From positions 32,001 to 96,000 of the forward strand of contig JAINCQ010000037.1 of assembly GCA_036574205.1 (NCBI GenBank): 64,000 nt of DNA, in the 5' to 3' direction. This document shows, piece by piece, positions 59,343 to 64,000 of this stretch. Origin of the DNA: Elusimicrobiota bacterium. GTDB lineage: Bacteria > Elusimicrobiota > Elusimicrobia > Elusimicrobiales > UBA9959. Under the pieces are notes generated by a model, which did no database searches, had not been told where the DNA came from, and saw only the letters and a program-made list of their open reading frames with translations. The position numbers and the translations under genes are program-made. Position 1 is the first letter of the stretch. Each line of letters begins with the position of its first letter.

Positions 59343-61796
59343 ATAGCTTTTTTTGGAAAAGGTGGAATAGGAAAAACGACTATAGCCGCAAATTTTTCTG
59401 CATATATTGCAAGTCTCGGCAAAAAGGTTCTTGTAGTTGGTTGTGATCCCAAAATGGATAGTACAAAGCTACTTATGGGAAAAGAATTCATATCTCCCTT
59501 TATGGAGAAAATGAATCCTCACTCTACAAAAAACGATATAATTTCTAATATATATAAATCTCCGATTATTAAAAATCTTGATTGTATTGAGGTCGGTGGT
59601 CCAAAGCCCGGGGTAGGTTGTGCTGGTGTAGGGATAGGTATGATGATAGATATGCTTGGCAAATATAGTATAGCTGATGAATATGATTTTGTTATTTTTG
59701 ATGTGCTTGGAGATATAGTATGTGGTGGTTTCGCAGGTCCTTTAAGAAGTGGGTTTGCTGATATTATGATTATAGTAACATCTGATGAAATTTCTTCACT
59801 TTATGCTGCAAATAGACTTATCAGTATGGCTCAAAAGTATAAAGAAAATGGTATAAAAAGAGTTTGTTTGATAGCTAATTTAAAAGAGGGAGGGGATGTA
59901 AAAAAAATTACAGCTTTCTCAGAGCTTTGCAATGTTGATGTAATATCAACAATAAATTATGATATTAAAGTAAGGACACTTTCCGATAAAAATAAACTTG
60001 CGGTATTTTTCTTAAAGGAGAGCGGATTTTATCGCGAAATTAAAAGAATTTACAATGAGGTATCTAATAGAAAAATAAAAAATATTGATTTCAAATCCCT
60101 TGATTCCTCTACTTTTACAGAACTTTCTATTAATAATTTTGAAGTTTTAAGCAATAAAGTTCATCAGTTAAAAGAAAACTTTTTTAATTATTCATCTATT
60201 GATGAGGTGGTGAAAAAAAATAAAATATCTTTTCGTGGAATTTATGCTGAAGGTCAACTATTGTTTTCATTCAATTATGGCTTTCAAAAAATAAGCTTTA
60301 TCATTATGTCCTATTCAGTTAGCAAAGGTAAATTAGATTATAAAGACTGGTTTATCTGCTTTTCCCCTGGAACACCATATAATCAACAGATAAGATTTTC
60401 AGAAAAACTTAATGAGATCAAAAAATCCTTCTCAAATTTTAAATATGAAGAAATAGAAAAACATTTTATTGGTAACAAAATGCATTTCAGGAAAAATCTG
60501 GAAAAGGATAATATTTCAGTGAAGATTATCTCATCAAGACCGTTAACAGTCGGCGAAAAATGGCATAAGTTTATATATACTGAGGGCTTTACTAAGATAT
60601 TTATTCCTCCGGGAGTAGTTATTATAGAACATGGAGATATAGAATGTAAATTTAGCGATGGCGTTGGAGGTAATCTTGGAATGTTTTGTAAAAAAGACAT
60701 TCAGTTTCCTTCTATGCCAAAATGGATGGTAAGGATATTGAATGATGAGATAGATGATAACGATATTATATATGGCGATGAAGAGAAGATTAAATCCTGT
60801 ATTAAGACAGTTCCTGGGTTTAGAAAAAAAGGACTTATAGAGATATATAACTGTTGTACCCCTCTGCTAACTGCTGCGGACAAAAGTTCAATTTCAAAAC
60901 TTAAATCTGTTTATATGGAAAATCTTAATAGCTTTAATGAAAATACTTCTTATGAAAAAATAGAAAAGCGTATAAAATATATGTTAGATAGGATAAAAAT
61001 TATAGATAAAAAAGATAGATATGATTTTAATTTTATAAATTTTAATTTTAATGATGAAATTTCCAAATATCTTAAAAGTGCGAAAGTAAGATTTATCGAG
61101 ACTGGAGAACATACTGATGAATTCGTTTTTTATAGCGCTATTAAAGGCTCAAAATGGCAAATATTATTTAATGATGATCTGGTTTTAAAAGGATGTTTTG
61201 AAAAAGCTGGAATTAATTATAAAATTTTTCCCCCTCCTTTCGGTTTAAAAAATAGTATTAATTTGTTAAAGAATTTAAGTTTATTATCTGATAGAAATAT
61301 TATGGATTTTGTTACGGCTGAAAAAGAAATTATAAAGGAGTTGTTTAGTTTAAAAAAAGATAATAAGAATATTAAAATAGGCATAATAATTAATGTTAAT
61401 GAACTTCAAGCTTTTTTAGTAAATAAGATAGGAAAGGAAATACCAATTTTTGATTTTTTATCTGAAGCTGGTTTTGATATAAATATGTTTTTATATTTAG
61501 ACCAAAGTAAATCTTCGGATATTTTAAAGTTACCTAGAAAAGAAAATCTTAAGATAATATTTTTTAAAGATCCTAAAGAACTTTCATCCGTGCTTTTGAA
61601 AAGTAAAGTTAGGCTTGTTTATTCTGATGTAAGAACGGATAGGAGACTTATAGAACTTGGTATAACTCCATTTTCGGAGGATATTTTTGAAATGGGTATT
61701 GAGGGTTTTTTTGAAACAATAAAAAGGATAAGAAGGCTTAATGAGTGGAAGTTTTATGAAAAATACGCTGGATATAAATATAAAGGAAAGAACTGA
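59328..61796 (+). CDS. Nitrogenase-like fusion: NifH/BchL-type Fe protein + linker + divergent NifD-like component 1 subunit
   Basis: GKGGIGKTT, GCDPK.DST, GGPKPGVGCAG, DVLGDIVCGGFA; later HGDIEC, DIIYGDEEKI, CCTPLLTAAD, FEMGIEGF. Confidence 0.88.
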   Translation: MRSIRIAFFGKGGIGKTTIAANFSAYIASLGKKVLVVGCDPKMDSTKLLMGKEFISPFMEKMNPHSTKNDIISNIYKSPIIKNLDCIEVGGPKPGVGCAGVGIGMMIDMLGKYSIADEYDFVIFDVLGDIVCGGFAGPLRSGFADIMIIVTSDEISSLYAANRLISMAQKYKENGIKRVCLIANLKEGGDVKKITAFSELCNVDVISTINYDIKVRTLSDKNKLAVFFLKESGFYREIKRIYNEVSNRKIKNIDFKSLDSSTFTELSINNFEVLSNKVHQLKENFFNYSSIDEVVKKNKISFRGIYAEGQLLFSFNYGFQKISFIIMSYSVSKGKLDYKDWFICFSPGTPYNQQIRFSEKLNEIKKSFSNFKYEEIEKHFIGNKMHFRKNLEKDNISVKIISSRPLTVGEKWHKFIYTEGFTKIFIPPGVVIIEHGDIECKFSDGVGGNLGMFCKKDIQFPSMPKWMVRILNDEIDDNDIIYGDEEKIKSCIKTVPGFRKKGLIEIYNCCTPLLTAADKSSISKLKSVYMENLNSFNENTSYEKIEKRIKYMLDRIKIIDKKDRYDFNFINFNFNDEISKYLKSAKVRFIETGEHTDEFVFYSAIKGSKWQILFNDDLVLKGCFEKAGINYKIFPPPFGLKNSINLLKNLSLLSDRNIMDFVTAEKEIIKELFSLKKDNKNIKIGIIINVNELQAFLVNKIGKEIPIFDFLSEAGFDINMFLYLDQSKSSDILKLPRKENLKIIFFKDPKELSSVLLKSKVRLVYSDVRTDRRLIELGITPFSEDIFEMGIEGFFETIKRIRRLNEWKFYEKYAGYKYKGKN

Positions 61797-63027
61797 AAAC
61801 TCAAGCATGCTTCCATTTTTACTCGGAGTTATGCTTGGAATTAATTCTTTTGACGATGTTCTTTTAATAGTTGACGGGCTTAATTGTATTATGTCAAGGG
61901 TTGAGTACATATTTGGTAATCACGATTTATATTCTACGCTTCTTTTGCCATCAGGTAAACACAGAATAACATACACTATGAATGGTCCATTTACTACAGC
62001 AAATTCCGAAGAAAGGCTTATCTCAATTATAAAAAAAAATCTAGAAGATAGAAAATATTCTGCTATTTTTATTACGTCTTTGCCATTTCAAAAATTGATG
62101 AGACCTGATTATGAAAGAATCATAAAAAGTATAAAATCAGATATCCCTATTATATACATTGATCAGAAAAAGACTGATGATGATTGGATTGAAGGATATT
62201 CTGCATTTTTATCCTCTATTATAAGTTATATATTTTCAAAAGGAAGTAAGAAAACTAAAAGAAAAAATACTATTGCTATCCTTGGTAATATGTATGACAG
62301 AAATGAATATGATACAAAGGCTAATATAAGTGAGATTTGCAGATTGGTTGATATATGCGGCTATGAGCCGATTTATGTATTTCCTTCTGGCGGAAGTTTT
62401 ATTGATGTATGGAAAATTATGGAAGCTGAACATATAGTTGTTCTTCCATATATTAAAGACTTGCTTCCTCAAATTAGCAAAAGCACATCTGCAAAAGTTT
62501 ATGAAATGTGTTTGCCTTTAGGAATAGAAGCCTCCATAAGATGGGTTTACGAATTAAATAAAAAACATGTTAAGTTCGCCCAAAAAATAGCCTTAGAAAG
62601 CATGGAAAGAGTAATGCCAATTATAAGTGTTATGTCTGGGAAAAATATTGTTTATTTTGGAGAACCATATATGCTTGATTCACTTTCTTATTTTTTTGAT
62701 GATCTTAATATTTCAGTGGAATCTGCATTTTTAAATACAAACCCTAAGAAAATTGATAATATAAGAATATTTAAAAGACTTTTGTTTAATTATGATATAA
62801 ATAAAGTAGATAGAGAGTTGGGAAAAATTATAGATGAAAAGCATATTAATCTTATTGTTGGCAATTGCTTTTCAAAGAAGCTTGTGTCTGGAAAAAATAT
62901 TCCTTTCCTTGAATTTGGTTTCCCATCATATGGATTTCATTGCCTTTCTGATCAACCTTATTTTGGATTTGAGGGTTTTGTATCATTTGCAAATAGAATT
63001 GCAAACTCCATACTTTCAACAATTTGA
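61741..63027 (+). CDS. Nitrogenase component 1-type oxidoreductase subunit (NifK/BchB-like)
   Basis: LIVDGLNC, PLGIEASIRW, FLEFGFPSY.H....PYFGFEG...ANRI. Confidence 0.85.
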   Translation: MSGSFMKNTLDINIKERTENSSMLPFLLGVMLGINSFDDVLLIVDGLNCIMSRVEYIFGNHDLYSTLLLPSGKHRITYTMNGPFTTANSEERLISIIKKNLEDRKYSAIFITSLPFQKLMRPDYERIIKSIKSDIPIIYIDQKKTDDDWIEGYSAFLSSIISYIFSKGSKKTKRKNTIAILGNMYDRNEYDTKANISEICRLVDICGYEPIYVFPSGGSFIDVWKIMEAEHIVVLPYIKDLLPQISKSTSAKVYEMCLPLGIEASIRWVYELNKKHVKFAQKIALESMERVMPIISVMSGKNIVYFGEPYMLDSLSYFFDDLNISVESAFLNTNPKKIDNIRIFKRLLFNYDINKVDRELGKIIDEKHINLIVGNCFSKKLVSGKNIPFLEFGFPSYGFHCLSDQPYFGFEGFVSFANRIANSILSTI

Positions 63028-63029
63028 AT

Positions 63030-63431
63030 ATGAAAATACTTTCCTGTATAACAGATATAGAAGAGATAAGATATCTTAAAAAAGCGGGGGCTGATGAGGT
63101 TAATATAGATGCATATGAAGAGATTTTTGAGAGCTTAAAAGTTCTTGTTAATTGTGGAATAGATTCCATGATAGTTTCTAATATTGGTTTTGCGTCTTTT
63201 TTAAATAAGGTATTCCCTTCTTTAAATATTCATTTGAGTTCAATAAACCCTGTTTTTAACTCTGAGGCTTTTTCTTTTTTAAGATCCAGAATAAGGTTTT
63301 CAAGGCTTATACTTCCAAACCAGCTGTCTGCTAAAGAAGCCCAAGGATTGGTAAGAACCTGCAAAAGTAAAAAAGTTGAAGCTAAAATATTTTTTCAAAT
63401 TTTTGGGTTGTCTATATATAATGCATTGTGA
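63030..63431 (+). pseudogene. U32 peptidase-family (Fe-S hydroxylase-like) remnant
   Basis: KAGADEV, GIDSMIVSNIG, IHLSS, RLILPNQLS; appears internally deleted after ADEV and stops at the Cys motif region. Confidence 0.7.
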
Positions 63432-64000
63432 TCTGTTAGTATCGTTTAAATATATGTCAAATATTCTTGTTATATATTCTTTTAAAAAACAAGCCTGAAG
63501 ATGTTCATAAAAAAATGGATATCCACCTTTTTTAAGCATTAATTCTGATGCCTTTATAAAATAAGGTATTGTATCTGAAACTTTAACTTTAATTTCATTT
63601 TTTGATAGCTTTGCCCTACCTATATATTGAAGAAATTGAATGATTATTAATTTCAACCCTATTTTAGAAAAGAAATTTACATATCCATCTATATATTTTT
63701 AATTAAGATCATTGACAATGAATATTGAAGATAAAGGTATCTTTGCTTCTATTATGTTGTTAACTGCCTTAATCATTGTTTTATAAGAATTTTTAAAACC
63801 TGTGAGAAACTCATATTCTTTTTCCCTGTAATCAGGAATATTTAGAGCAAGGGAATCAACCTGTATTTCGGAAACTATTTTTGTAAATTTTTCATCGGAA
63901 AAGGCAAGTCCATTTGTGAATATATGAATATAATATACTAATTTTTTTGCCAATAGCAATGTTTTGATAAAATCTTTGTGAATAGTTGGTTCTCCGTCGA
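63300..64000 (-). pseudogene. Radical SAM protein, 3' part, with an in-frame stop
   Basis: (D)GEPTIHKDF...IFTNG; ORFs 63699-63959 and 63300-63656 share a frame, separated by TAA in LN*KYIDGYVNFF; CxxxCxxC motif would lie outside the window. Confidence 0.72.

Noticed and set aside
59328..63027. Genuine nitrogen fixation (nifHDK)
   Set aside because: P-cluster and FeMoco ligands are incomplete, and there is no nifB, nifE or nifN in the window.
562..63169. Numerous short antisense or alternate-frame ORFs in the track (for example 962-1231, 5664-6056, 12040-12492, 34301-34759, 60383-60700)
   Set aside because: They lie within well-supported genes on the other strand or frame and show no recognisable motifs.

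Overview
AT-rich bacterial chromosome segment of an anaerobe, with most genes on the minus strand. Gene content suggests Elusimicrobiota (inference). Left to right: a truncated kelch-repeat secreted protein; a CBM48 protein; tRNA-Gly(CCC) trailed by a GC-rich mosaic of tRNA-3'-end repeats and covarying hairpins; folE; a CCA enzyme; an Opp/Dpp transporter with an M20 peptidase but no binding protein; dtd; an uncharacterised cluster of membrane proteins plus an orphan GlmL-type ATPase; PrsA and MscS; an 11-gene group 4 [NiFe]-hydrogenase; an IspH-membrane domain fusion; kbl, dnaE, a Nudix hydrolase and uvrC; purine/pyrimidine catabolic genes (MocA, deaminase, PreT-PreA fusion, ssnA, ygeY); a degenerate purH; ligA and nusB. 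The right end holds a nitrogenase-like reductase that is unlikely to fix N2 (NifH-NifD-like fusion plus NifK-like gene), with a duplicated palindromic promoter and decaying U32 and radical-SAM neighbours. Several accessory genes (DUF483-like, glycosyltransferase-TPR, tetrapyrrole methylase, U32, radical SAM) are broken while core genes are intact. Many operon-first genes look leaderless. All family assignments come from motif recognition by eye; no searches were run.
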